A stretch of 32,000 bases of DNA from Pseudodesulfovibrio mercurii (GTDB taxonomy: Bacteria; Desulfobacterota; Desulfovibrionia; Desulfovibrionales; Desulfovibrionaceae), in assembly GCF_000189295.2 (NCBI RefSeq), contig NC_016803.1:930001-962000 (forward strand). The letters are read 5' to 3'. The translations under genes were made by a program, and so were the position numbers. The notes below the pieces were generated by a model, which was given only the letters and a program-made list of their open reading frames with translations, did no database searches and had not been told where the DNA came from. Each line of letters opens with the position of its first letter. The stretch's first letter is position 1. Positions 22,854-30,458 of this stretch are shown piece after piece.

Positions 22854-22872
22854 ATTATATTCACAAGTGAGT
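22854..22872 (-). promoter_or_regulatory. Candidate -10 box and near-palindromic operator upstream of the permease
   Basis: The minus strand reads ACTCACTTGTGAATATAATG. There is a perfect TATAAT (plus-strand 22854-22859) abutting the 14-bp near-palindrome ACTCAC-TT-GTGAAT (22859-22872). The -35 is weak (ATGAAC). Confidence 0.35.
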
Positions 22873-22892
22873 AGTTGTTCATAAAACCGGAC

Positions 22893-22921
22893 AAAAAAAG
22901 AAGAGGCGGGCTACGCCTCTT
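22893..22921 (-). terminator. Rho-independent terminator of the arsR-family gene
   Basis: The minus strand reads AAGAGGCG-tagcc-CGCCTCTT followed by CTTTTTTT, an 8-bp stem and a T7 tract. The arsR stop codon TAG lies in the loop. Confidence 0.7.
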
Positions 22922-23267
22922 CCTTGATGTGGTCCAGCCCCTGGGAGACCAGGTTGCGCACGTGGTCGTCGTCCAGGGAATAAAATACGTTCTTGCCCTC
23001 CTTGCGGTAGCGCACCAGCTTGGCGGCGCGCAGCAGCCTGAGCTGATGGGAGATGGCCGACTGGGACATGTCCAGGACCTCGGCCAGGGCGCATACGCAG
23101 AGTTCGCCGACGGACAGGGCGAACAGGATGCGCACCCTGGTGTAGTCCCCCAGGGCCTTGAAGAGTTCGGCCAGGAACAGGAACTCCCGTTCGGAGAGCA
23201 TGGCCGTTTTGGCGGCAGCCACGTTTTTGGCGTGCTGCTCGGTGTCACTGCAAGCAATGTTCGACAT
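22911..23267 (-). CDS. ArsR/SmtB-family metalloregulatory repressor
   Basis: Motif ELCVCALAEVLDMSQSAISHQLRLLRAAKLV combines a CVC metal or metalloid site with the wHTH recognition helix. ATG at 23265-23267 is preceded by GAGGGAAG. The track GTG at 23291 would lie almost at the predicted transcription start. Confidence 0.85.
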   Translation of the reverse strand: MSNIACSDTEQHAKNVAAAKTAMLSEREFLFLAELFKALGDYTRVRILFALSVGELCVCALAEVLDMSQSAISHQLRLLRAAKLVRYRKEGKNVFYSLDDDHVRNLVSQGLDHIKEEA

Positions 23268-23279
23268 TTCTTCCCTCAC

Positions 23280-23332
23280 ATGAATAATCACTCATTTGCT
23301 ATGACAATACAGTCATACACCCTGTTTGTCAA
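23280..23332 (-). promoter_or_regulatory. Candidate sigma70 promoter with two ATGA..TCAT inverted repeats (putative ArsR operators)
   Basis: On the minus strand, TTGACA (23327-23332), a 17-nt spacer, then TATTGT (23304-23309). ATGAC-tgtatt-GTCAT (23301-23316) overlaps the -10. A second repeat, ATGA-N8-TCAT, is at 23280-23295. Confidence 0.45.
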
Positions 23333-23382
23333 GCCCGGTCTCCCCGCCTGCCGGGGCGCCGGGCCGATTTTCGCATACCACC

Positions 23383-26343
23383 CTACCCCAGGCCCAGGCG
23401 GTCCAGGGTCAGGAGCTTGCGGCCCGAGTAGTCGAGGATGCGGTCGATGAGTTCGGCGTGGGGCAACCCCGCGGCACGTACCTCGGCCATGAGCCCGGCC
23501 ACGATCTTCTCCTGTTCGAGGTAGCCGAAGACCACCTCGCGCACGTCGCGCAGGGAGACCAGCCGGTCGGCCCAGCCCATGCCCTCCTGATAGAGCATCT
23601 TGGCCGAGATGAACGAGGCCAGCAGGGCCAGCTGGTGGGCGCGCGGCAGGTCGGTGACGATCCGCTCGCGGTACTTCTCGACCAGCACGGCCGGACAATA
23701 GGCCAGCAGGACCTCGACCAGCTCCGGGTCGTCGGCCACCCGGTCCACCGAGGCCGTGAGCACGCCGTCCACGCGGTCGGCCAGGGCGTTGATGGACGCG
23801 GACAGGGCGTAGGACAACTCGGTGATGGTCCGTCCGCCCCCGGACAGCTTGTACTCGCGCATGAGCACGCGCGCCTCGGAACGCGCCCGCAGCCGCAGGA
23901 TGTCCAGGAGCTGCCGGATATACTCGTCCTTGATGCCCAGGAACTCCTCCTCGCTGAGGATGAGCCCGGCCAGGATCTCGTAGGACGAGCAGATGACCCC
24001 AGTCTTGTTGGCCGACGGGCCGGGGACCACCAGGACGCCCGCCCTTTCGAGCTGGGCGCGGGCGTCGGTCGAGATGAAGATGTTCGCTCCCTCGACGATG
24101 CCCCTGGCCGAGGGCGTGCCGTCCTTTTGCAGGAATTCCTTCCAGTTGGACATGTTCACCGTATCCGGCCTGCCGCCCGAGGGGATGAAGATGTCGGCCA
24201 CCACGGTATTGTGCAGGGTATTGCGCACCCGGGTCCCGTTCGGCTCCGCCGTGGAGACCGCCAGGGCGCCCTCCCCCCTGAGCCTGGTCCGGTCAAAGTC
24301 GGCGGCCTTGAGGTCGTTGTCCATGAGCCGCAGCAGTTCGGCGTGGTCCATGCCCGCCGGGTCGAAGACCGCGCCGTGGCCATCGCTCATGGCCACGATC
24401 CGCGCGTTGTCGCCATACTCGCGCATGAGGATGCGCATGACGTTGGAGGCCACGTCCCCGGCCGGACCGCCGGTCAGCTTGACCGTGAACGGCTGCTTTC
24501 GGGGGTCGATGCCCAGCGTGCGCAGCAGCTCCTCGGCAAAGACGATGACGCCCTCGGAGGTCACGCCGTACTTCTTGTGGGCGATGCCCGCGCCGGGCTT
24601 GGAACTCATGAAGGCGCTGGGCCACTTGTAGCCGCGCCGGGCCGCCCGGTCGGCCATCCACTGGATGTGGGCCGGGGTGATGTTCTCGTCCGGGCCCAGG
24701 AAGATGATCTCCTCGCGGTTGAGGTAGTCCACGATGCCGGGCTGTACGAAACCCTCAGCCCCTTCCGGCACCACCAGAAGGTCCAGGAAGGAGTCGACCA
24801 TGGACTTGACTGCCAGGTCGATGTCCCCTTCGGGACCGAGGAGGATGACCGCCTTGGACCCGCCCTCGGGGATGTCCTTGTTCTTGAACTGCTGGGCGCG
24901 GGCCAGCTTGGTGACCTCGTCCAGGAGCCGGTTGGACTCCACCTCGAACTGCTCCTGGCTCCAGGTCCGGACCACGCGCACGCCGCCGCGCGCCATGTCG
25001 CGGTAGCGCACCTGGAAGGCCCAGCTGTAGGGACCGTGGAAGCAGTACAGGCCGAAGGGCCGCTCCCTGCGGGGCAACGGGGCCAGGATGAGGGGGTCGA
25101 GCCGGAAGCTCAGGCCGAACTTGTGCTCCAGGTAGTAGTTGGTGCGCAGGGTGTAGCGGAAGAACTTGTAGACGTAGGTCAGGATGTCGCGGTGGATGGC
25201 GTTGTCCACGTCGCGGATGGCCGCGCGCACCCGGTCGCGCCGTTCGCGCACGGCCGCGGGCCGGTCGCCGGTGAAGGCCGGGTCGCAGCGCACCCGGAAG
25301 TAGTCCATGAGCAGCCGGGTCACGTCCCGATGCTTGAGGATGGCGTAGACGATGCGCGACGAGGTGTAGGCGTGCAGGTCCCGCCGGATGAGGAACTGAT
25401 GGGCGAACTCGCCCGCGGCCTGCATGAGCATGACCTGGCCGATCTCCCAGCCGTCCTCGTAGGCCAGCGCCTCCAGGCCGTGGGGCGCGAACCACTTGCA
25501 CAGTTCAAGCTGCCGCTTGAGGCGCAGCCAGCGCTCGCCGCCCTCCTCGAGGTCCACGCGCGTGCGGTCGAGGTAGAAGCTCATGATGGAGATGGCGGGC
25601 AGGCCGGGCCGCTCGAACTCGTCGGCATAGGCCCGGTCCACGGGAATGCCCTCCCTGGCGAAGACGTTGACCACGGTGTGCAGCAGCCCCTTCTTGGGCG
25701 GCTGGACCATGGCCACGCCGATGCGGTCGAAGCCGGGGTGGACCTCCTTTTCGAGCTGCACCTGGACGCGCTCCTCGTTCTCCACGCAGCCGCAGGTCTT
25801 GAAGTGGCGCACGGCCCGGCCCGGCTCGAACTTCTCCATGTAGTCCTCGCTGACCCAGCCGAGGAACCGCTCGAACCCGTTCAGGTCGCCGGGGGCGAGG
25901 TCCATCTGCCCGGCCCTGGCCTTTTCCAGGACCTCGCGCACGCCCACGTTGTCCGCCGCGCAAGCGGGCTGCGGCCCGAGGACGAAGGTGTCCAGCCGGA
26001 TGGTGTCGTCGCGGCTGGAGTAGATGCGCGCGTGCTGAATGTCCTTGTCGCGGTACTGCTTGAGGACCCAGCCCAGGGTGTCCATGTCCCCGCCGGGGGA
26101 GATGTGCGTCACCCGCGAGCCGCACGGGCTGTGCAGGGCGATGGCCTGCTTCTCCTCCCGGACCATGCCGGAGATCAGGGCCATGAGGTGCTTGACCTGC
26201 TCGTCCTCGCCGTGGGTCTGGAAATAATACTCCGGCATGTCGGCATAGAACCACGGTACCAGGGTGGCCGCCGAGCTTTCCAGGGTCTTCAGGAGCTTCC
26301 GCCGAATCTTCTCCGGATCAACAGGCCTTGCGCCGTCCATCAT
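23383..26343 (-). CDS. Large (about 110 kDa) NAD-specific glutamate dehydrogenase-like protein
   Basis: Catalytic-lysine region FKNKDIPEGGSKAV and dinucleotide loop KLTGGPAGDVASNV match the large GDH class, embedded in long N- and C-terminal extensions. The start is placed at ATG 26341-26343 (MMDGARPVDPEK, SD AGGGAG). The 38 upstream codons of the track ORF are Arg/Pro/Ser-rich and contain the candidate promoter. Confidence 0.8.
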   Translation of the reverse strand: MMDGARPVDPEKIRRKLLKTLESSAATLVPWFYADMPEYYFQTHGEDEQVKHLMALISGMVREEKQAIALHSPCGSRVTHISPGGDMDTLGWVLKQYRDKDIQHARIYSSRDDTIRLDTFVLGPQPACAADNVGVREVLEKARAGQMDLAPGDLNGFERFLGWVSEDYMEKFEPGRAVRHFKTCGCVENEERVQVQLEKEVHPGFDRIGVAMVQPPKKGLLHTVVNVFAREGIPVDRAYADEFERPGLPAISIMSFYLDRTRVDLEEGGERWLRLKRQLELCKWFAPHGLEALAYEDGWEIGQVMLMQAAGEFAHQFLIRRDLHAYTSSRIVYAILKHRDVTRLLMDYFRVRCDPAFTGDRPAAVRERRDRVRAAIRDVDNAIHRDILTYVYKFFRYTLRTNYYLEHKFGLSFRLDPLILAPLPRRERPFGLYCFHGPYSWAFQVRYRDMARGGVRVVRTWSQEQFEVESNRLLDEVTKLARAQQFKNKDIPEGGSKAVILLGPEGDIDLAVKSMVDSFLDLLVVPEGAEGFVQPGIVDYLNREEIIFLGPDENITPAHIQWMADRAARRGYKWPSAFMSSKPGAGIAHKKYGVTSEGVIVFAEELLRTLGIDPRKQPFTVKLTGGPAGDVASNVMRILMREYGDNARIVAMSDGHGAVFDPAGMDHAELLRLMDNDLKAADFDRTRLRGEGALAVSTAEPNGTRVRNTLHNTVVADIFIPSGGRPDTVNMSNWKEFLQKDGTPSARGIVEGANIFISTDARAQLERAGVLVVPGPSANKTGVICSSYEILAGLILSEEEFLGIKDEYIRQLLDILRLRARSEARVLMREYKLSGGGRTITELSYALSASINALADRVDGVLTASVDRVADDPELVEVLLAYCPAVLVEKYRERIVTDLPRAHQLALLASFISAKMLYQEGMGWADRLVSLRDVREVVFGYLEQEKIVAGLMAEVRAAGLPHAELIDRILDYSGRKLLTLDRLGLG

Positions 26344-26387
26344 GCATCTCCCTTGGGTACGGGTCAGTTTTTCGCTTGTCTTCCTTG

Positions 26388-26403
26388 TGCATGGACGCGG
26401 CCA
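26388..26403 (-). promoter_or_regulatory. Candidate sigma54 (-24/-12) promoter for the GDH gene
   Basis: The minus strand reads TGGCCG-CGTCC-ATGCA. The GG and GC elements have canonical spacing relative to TGGCAC-N5-TTGCW. It lies about 45 nt upstream of the proposed ATG. GG-N10-GC also arises by chance in GC-rich DNA. Confidence 0.3.
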
Positions 26404-26579
26404 GCGCGTCAACCCCGTGAGAGGGCCCGAGGAGGACCGGCGAGGCGGCCGGGCCATAGCCCGAAGACGTTATAAATGTCTTAGTTCTCAATCTAATGCC
26501 GTGGACATAAAATGTGCGACAGCGTAATGACTCGGGTATGACCACCTGGGAAAGAGCATTCGAAAAGGGAGCAGGCATT

Positions 26580-27524
26580 ATGAGTAAAAGCGCCATAGAT
26601 ACCGGCATCCTCCTGGAAACGGGGACCAACGAGCTCGAAATACTCGAGTTCTACATCAACGAGATCCGCGAGGAGGGCAAGGAGCCCGTACCCAACTTCT
26701 TCGGCATCAACGTCGCCAAGGTCATGCAGGTCATCGAGACGCCCAATCTCGAACCGCCCGAGTCCGCCCCCCACCCCTCGTTCATGGGCACCATCCCGCT
26801 GCGCGACCTGATCCTCCCGGTCCTGGACCTGTCCGTCTGGCTGGAGCTGGACATGCCCAAGACCGAACGGGACATCGTCATCGTCACCGAGTTCAGCAAA
26901 TCCGTGACCGGGTTCCTGGTCTCGGGCGTGACCGAGATCCACCGCGTGGGCTGGGGCGAGGTCATCCCGCCGTCGAGCATCATCTCGACCAACACGGACG
27001 CCATCGTCGGCCTCATCGACAAGGGCGACTACTTCGTTCAGCTCCTGGACCTGGAGACCATCCTGTCCCAGTTCGAGCCCGACGACGGCGTGGAGATGGC
27101 CGTGTCCGAGCACGAGTACAAGGTCCTGGTGGCCGACGACTCGGCGACCATCCGGGCCATGATCAAGGCCAACCTGACCGAGGCCAACTTCAGGCCGATC
27201 ATCACCAACAACGGCGACGAGGCCCTGCGCACCGTCCTGGACCTCAAGGCCCGGGCCGAGACCGATGGCAGGGACATCACCGAATACGTGGACCTGATCA
27301 TCTCCGACATCGAGATGCCGCTCATGGACGGCTTCAGCCTGACCAAGAACATCAAGCAGGATCCGGTCTTGCGCAAGCTCCCCGTGATCCTGTACTCTTC
27401 CATCATCACGAACGAACTGCGGCACAAGGGCGAGTCGGTCGGCGCGGACATGCAGATATCCAAGCCCGACCTGCACACCATCCCCCAGGTGGCGCTCGAA
27501 CTCATCGAAGGCGGTGCGGGTTGA
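26580..27524 (+). CDS. cheV: Chemotaxis protein CheV (CheW-like domain fused to a receiver domain)
   Basis: CheW-like N-terminus GILLETGTNELEILEFYI...FFGINVAKVMQVIE. Receiver domain has KVLVADDSATIR, the phospho-acceptor context LIISDIEMPLMDG and ISKP. ATG 26580 is preceded by AAGGGAG. Confidence 0.85.
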   Translation: MSKSAIDTGILLETGTNELEILEFYINEIREEGKEPVPNFFGINVAKVMQVIETPNLEPPESAPHPSFMGTIPLRDLILPVLDLSVWLELDMPKTERDIVIVTEFSKSVTGFLVSGVTEIHRVGWGEVIPPSSIISTNTDAIVGLIDKGDYFVQLLDLETILSQFEPDDGVEMAVSEHEYKVLVADDSATIRAMIKANLTEANFRPIITNNGDEALRTVLDLKARAETDGRDITEYVDLIISDIEMPLMDGFSLTKNIKQDPVLRKLPVILYSSIITNELRHKGESVGADMQISKPDLHTIPQVALELIEGGAG

Positions 27525-27922
27525 TGCAACGGGGCGACGAAGTCCTGGAAATCTTTCTCGAAGAGACGGCGGAGCGGCTCGACGCCATCGAGTCGGGCCT
27601 GCTCCACCTGGAGAATTGCGGCGCGGACTGCGGGTCCGAGACCATCAACTCCATCTTCCGCGACGCCCACTCGGTCAAGGCGGGCTCCAACCTGCTCAAG
27701 CTGACCAACATCGAGGACCTGGCCCACAAGCTGGAGAACGTCCTGGAGATGATTCGCAAAAAACAGATCGCGCCCTCGGAGATGATCGTCACCGCCTGCC
27801 TCGAATCCGTGGACAAGCTGCGCGAGCTGATCGAGAACGTCGAACGCAGCGAGACCATCTCCACCCGGCTGCACACGCACATGCTCGCCGTGGCGGTCCA
27901 GAAGACCCTGCATGGGGAATGA
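27524..27922 (+). CDS. Standalone Hpt (CheA P1-like histidine phosphotransfer) protein
   Basis: Contains the FRDAHSVKAGS phospho-histidine motif in a four-helix-type sequence of 132 aa. No kinase, dimerisation or CheW-like domain follows. The ATG overlaps the cheV stop (TGATG). Confidence 0.8.
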   Translation: MQRGDEVLEIFLEETAERLDAIESGLLHLENCGADCGSETINSIFRDAHSVKAGSNLLKLTNIEDLAHKLENVLEMIRKKQIAPSEMIVTACLESVDKLRELIENVERSETISTRLHTHMLAVAVQKTLHGE

Positions 27923-27941
27923 CTCCCGAAACACGACAAAA

Positions 27942-27975
27942 CGGCCGCGTCCCTCGGGATGCGGCCGCTTTTTTG
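27942..27975. terminator. Bidirectional rho-independent terminator
   Basis: CGGCCGC-gtccctcgggat-GCGGCCG (27942-27967) is followed by CTTTTTTG on the plus strand. An A-rich tract precedes it, which gives a U-tract for the convergent minus-strand gene ending at 27986. Confidence 0.7.
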
Positions 27976-27985
27976 TGCGCGAAAA

Positions 27986-28495
27986 CTAGTTTTCCAGGGT
28001 GGACAGGAGTTCCTGGGCCTCGCTCATGCGCGCGAAGGAGGTGTTTTTGAAGACCTCGCCCTCCACGGCCTTGACGAACTCGTCGTAGGTCATGATCCGG
28101 AAGTCCATCATCACGCCCTTGACCTTGAAGTACGCCTCAAGGAAGGCGTAGACCGGCTCGTCCCCGAGGCACTTGGCCAGGTCGCGGCCGTTGTTCATGG
28201 CCGTGAACGGCTTGTTCAGGCCGCCCAGGAAGAACATGTCCAGGCCGGACCGCCCGTCCGTGACCACCCCGAGCAGGTTGAAGTTCATGAGCCGGGCCGC
28301 GAACTCCTCGGTCATGTCGGGAAATTCCAGGAGGTCCTTTTTGGGGTACATGCCCACGAAGACCATCTGCCCGCCCTCCTCGGCCATGGTGTGGCGGAAG
28401 ACGTGCTCGTCCCGGTTCCTGCGGGCGGCCTTGACGGTCTCGTAGAGGTCCAGGGCAAAGGCGAGTTTCAGTTCGTCGGCGACTTTCTGGTCCAT
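27986..28495 (-). CDS. Hypothetical protein (169 aa), co-operonic with the UbiD-family decarboxylase
   Basis: The ORF has a good SD (GGAGAA 4 nt upstream of the ATG) and starts 11 nt after the UbiD stop. Amino-acid composition is balanced, unlike the antisense artefacts. I recognise no family motif. Confidence 0.65.
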   Translation of the reverse strand: MDQKVADELKLAFALDLYETVKAARRNRDEHVFRHTMAEEGGQMVFVGMYPKKDLLEFPDMTEEFAARLMNFNLLGVVTDGRSGLDMFFLGGLNKPFTAMNNGRDLAKCLGDEPVYAFLEAYFKVKGVMMDFRIMTYDEFVKAVEGEVFKNTSFARMSEAQELLSTLEN

Positions 28496-28506
28496 GTGCT
28501 TCTCCG

Positions 28507-30351
28507 TTAGATGATGCCGTGCAGCGGGCCGCCCTCGGCGCCCAGTTCGTCCACGCGCTTCTCCACCTCGGGGTCCTCCTCAAGGGGCGGCGCGTGGTAG
28601 GTCTTGAGTCTCGCGTCCACGACCAGGGCCTTGTCCGCGCCCCAGTGCTTGGCGTGGGTGAATGCGCCCGCTCCGTAGATGTCCGTGGCCGGGTCGGAGC
28701 GGGTGAAGGTCACCCACAGGAAATTGTCCCAGTTCGCGGCCGTGAAGCGCGCGTCGTCGGCCACCACGACGAGCGGGAACCCCTCGATGCCCGGCACCCG
28801 CGCCAGGGTCTCGCCCAACCGCTCCAGGGCCGGGTCCTGCCGGTCCCGTCCCCGACGGTGCCTGGGCCCCTTGAGGACCAGGATGCCCGGAGCGAAGACC
28901 CGTGGATCGCGGAAGCCGCGCGGCAGGTCGAGCCCGGCCGGGAGTTCGGTCCCCAGCTCGCGCTTGGGCGGCCCGGCCACGGCGAAGATGACCTTGGAGC
29001 CCTGGTTCAGGCTGATGCCCGAGTAGTCCAGGGTGTCGATGGTCGTCCGGGTGATGAAGTGTAGGTCGCGGGTCAGGTCCGCCCGCTCGAGCATGTGGCG
29101 GAAAAAGGCGGGCACGTCGTGGCAGCCCACCCCGGCGGGCAGGTCCTCGCGGGCCGCGATGAGCACGTACTTCGACAGCGCGGTCTGGGTGTTGCCGAGC
29201 AAACCCATGGCGTTGGTCAGCAGCTCCTGGGGCTGGCGCTCGGCGGCATACGGCACATAACGTTCGCTGCCCACGGCCAGAAGCAGCGGGTGTACCCCGG
29301 CCGCGTCCACGGCGTGGACCTCGTGCACCCCCGCGAAGACCGACGGCACCAGCTCGGCGGTCAGCTCGTGGACGAACTGGCCGAACAGGGTGTCCTCCTG
29401 GGGCGGGCGGCCCACGGTGGTGAAGGGCCAGACCGCGTCGTCGCGGTGGTAGACCCTGTCCACCTTGAGGACCGGAAAATCGTGAGCCAGACTGTAGTAG
29501 CCCAGGTGGTCGCCGAAGGGGCCCTCGGGCTTCTCCCCGCCCCGGACGATGGTCCCGCAGATGCAGAAGTCCGCCTCGGCCGGGATGGGCAGCTGGCCCG
29601 GCCGCCTGACCATGGCGATGCGGTGGCCGCCCAGGGCCCCGGCGAAAAAGAGTTCGGCCAGCCCCTCGGGCAGAGGCATCATGGCGGCCACGGTCATGGA
29701 CGGTGCGCCGCCCACCGCGATGTTGACCTTGAGCGCTTCGCCCCGGCGCAGGGCCTCGGCGTGGTGGTGACCGATGCCGCGATGGATCTGGTAGTGCAGC
29801 CCCACCTCCCGGTCCTGCACGTAGTCGTTGCCCGACAGCTGGACGCGATACATGCCCAGGTTGGAACCGGCGTAGCCGGGCCGGGCCGGGTCCTCGGTGT
29901 AGACCTGGGGCAGGGTCACGTAGGGCCCGCCGTCCAGGGGCCAGGACTTGAGCTTGGGCAGGCTGGACACGGCCGTCTCGTTGGCCATGACCGGGCCGTC
30001 GGACACGGTCCTGGGCAGGGTGTGCCAGGCGGTCCGGGGCGCGCCCAGGTACTGCCACGGACGGCGCAGCAGCTCCATGGGCTCCAGCTTGAGCTTCATC
30101 AGCCGTTCCACCGTGTCCACGGTGTCCCGGAACAGGAAGCGCATGCGTTCGCGGGTGCCGAAGAGGTTCGCGGCCATGGGGAAGCGGCAGCCCCGGACGT
30201 TGCTGAAGAGCAGGGCCGGACCCTTGGCCCGGAAGACGCGGCGCTGGATGGCGCCGATCTCCAGGTCCGCGTCCACGCACTTGTCGATGCGGACGAGTTC
30301 GCCCCGCGCCTCGAGGGCGTCGAGGCATTCACGCGTGTTCCTGTATCCCAT
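28507..30351 (-). CDS. UbiD-family decarboxylase, long form (futalosine-pathway menaquinone decarboxylase type, MqnL-like)
   Basis: N-terminus ECLDALEARGELVRIDKCVDADLEIGAIQRRV and overall UbiD-like sequence. The 614-aa length matches the long UbiD homologues of organisms that use the futalosine pathway. A ubiX gene lies 1.3 kb away. Confidence 0.85.
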   Translation of the reverse strand: MGYRNTRECLDALEARGELVRIDKCVDADLEIGAIQRRVFRAKGPALLFSNVRGCRFPMAANLFGTRERMRFLFRDTVDTVERLMKLKLEPMELLRRPWQYLGAPRTAWHTLPRTVSDGPVMANETAVSSLPKLKSWPLDGGPYVTLPQVYTEDPARPGYAGSNLGMYRVQLSGNDYVQDREVGLHYQIHRGIGHHHAEALRRGEALKVNIAVGGAPSMTVAAMMPLPEGLAELFFAGALGGHRIAMVRRPGQLPIPAEADFCICGTIVRGGEKPEGPFGDHLGYYSLAHDFPVLKVDRVYHRDDAVWPFTTVGRPPQEDTLFGQFVHELTAELVPSVFAGVHEVHAVDAAGVHPLLLAVGSERYVPYAAERQPQELLTNAMGLLGNTQTALSKYVLIAAREDLPAGVGCHDVPAFFRHMLERADLTRDLHFITRTTIDTLDYSGISLNQGSKVIFAVAGPPKRELGTELPAGLDLPRGFRDPRVFAPGILVLKGPRHRRGRDRQDPALERLGETLARVPGIEGFPLVVVADDARFTAANWDNFLWVTFTRSDPATDIYGAGAFTHAKHWGADKALVVDARLKTYHAPPLEEDPEVEKRVDELGAEGGPLHGII

Positions 30352-30458
30352 TGCGGTTCCCGTTTGTTGACTTGTGGCCCGACAATCTAGACGGAAACGG
30401 CGGAAAAGTTAAGCGAAGAATCGATCCGCACGGGAGCCGTGGAGCGGAAATCGCCGGG

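Noticed and set aside
23326-26475. 1049-aa plus-strand ORF spanning the whole GDH locus.
   Set aside because: It is the mirror frame of the minus-strand GDH-like gene, which carries the GDH catalytic motifs. The plus-strand product is low complexity.
26460-26579. Possible sigma54 (TGGACA-N5-TGTGC) or sigma28 promoter upstream of cheV.
   Set aside because: The GG-to-GC spacing is one nucleotide too long for a -24/-12 promoter. No TAAA-N15-GCCGATAA arrangement fits, because the only TAAA...GCCG pair is 21 nt apart.
28580-30328. 582-aa minus-strand ORF and the 431-aa plus-strand ORF (29095..30390) overlapping the UbiD gene.
   Set aside because: These are alternative frames of the same GC-rich stretch. 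Only 28507..30351 gives a UbiD-like sequence.
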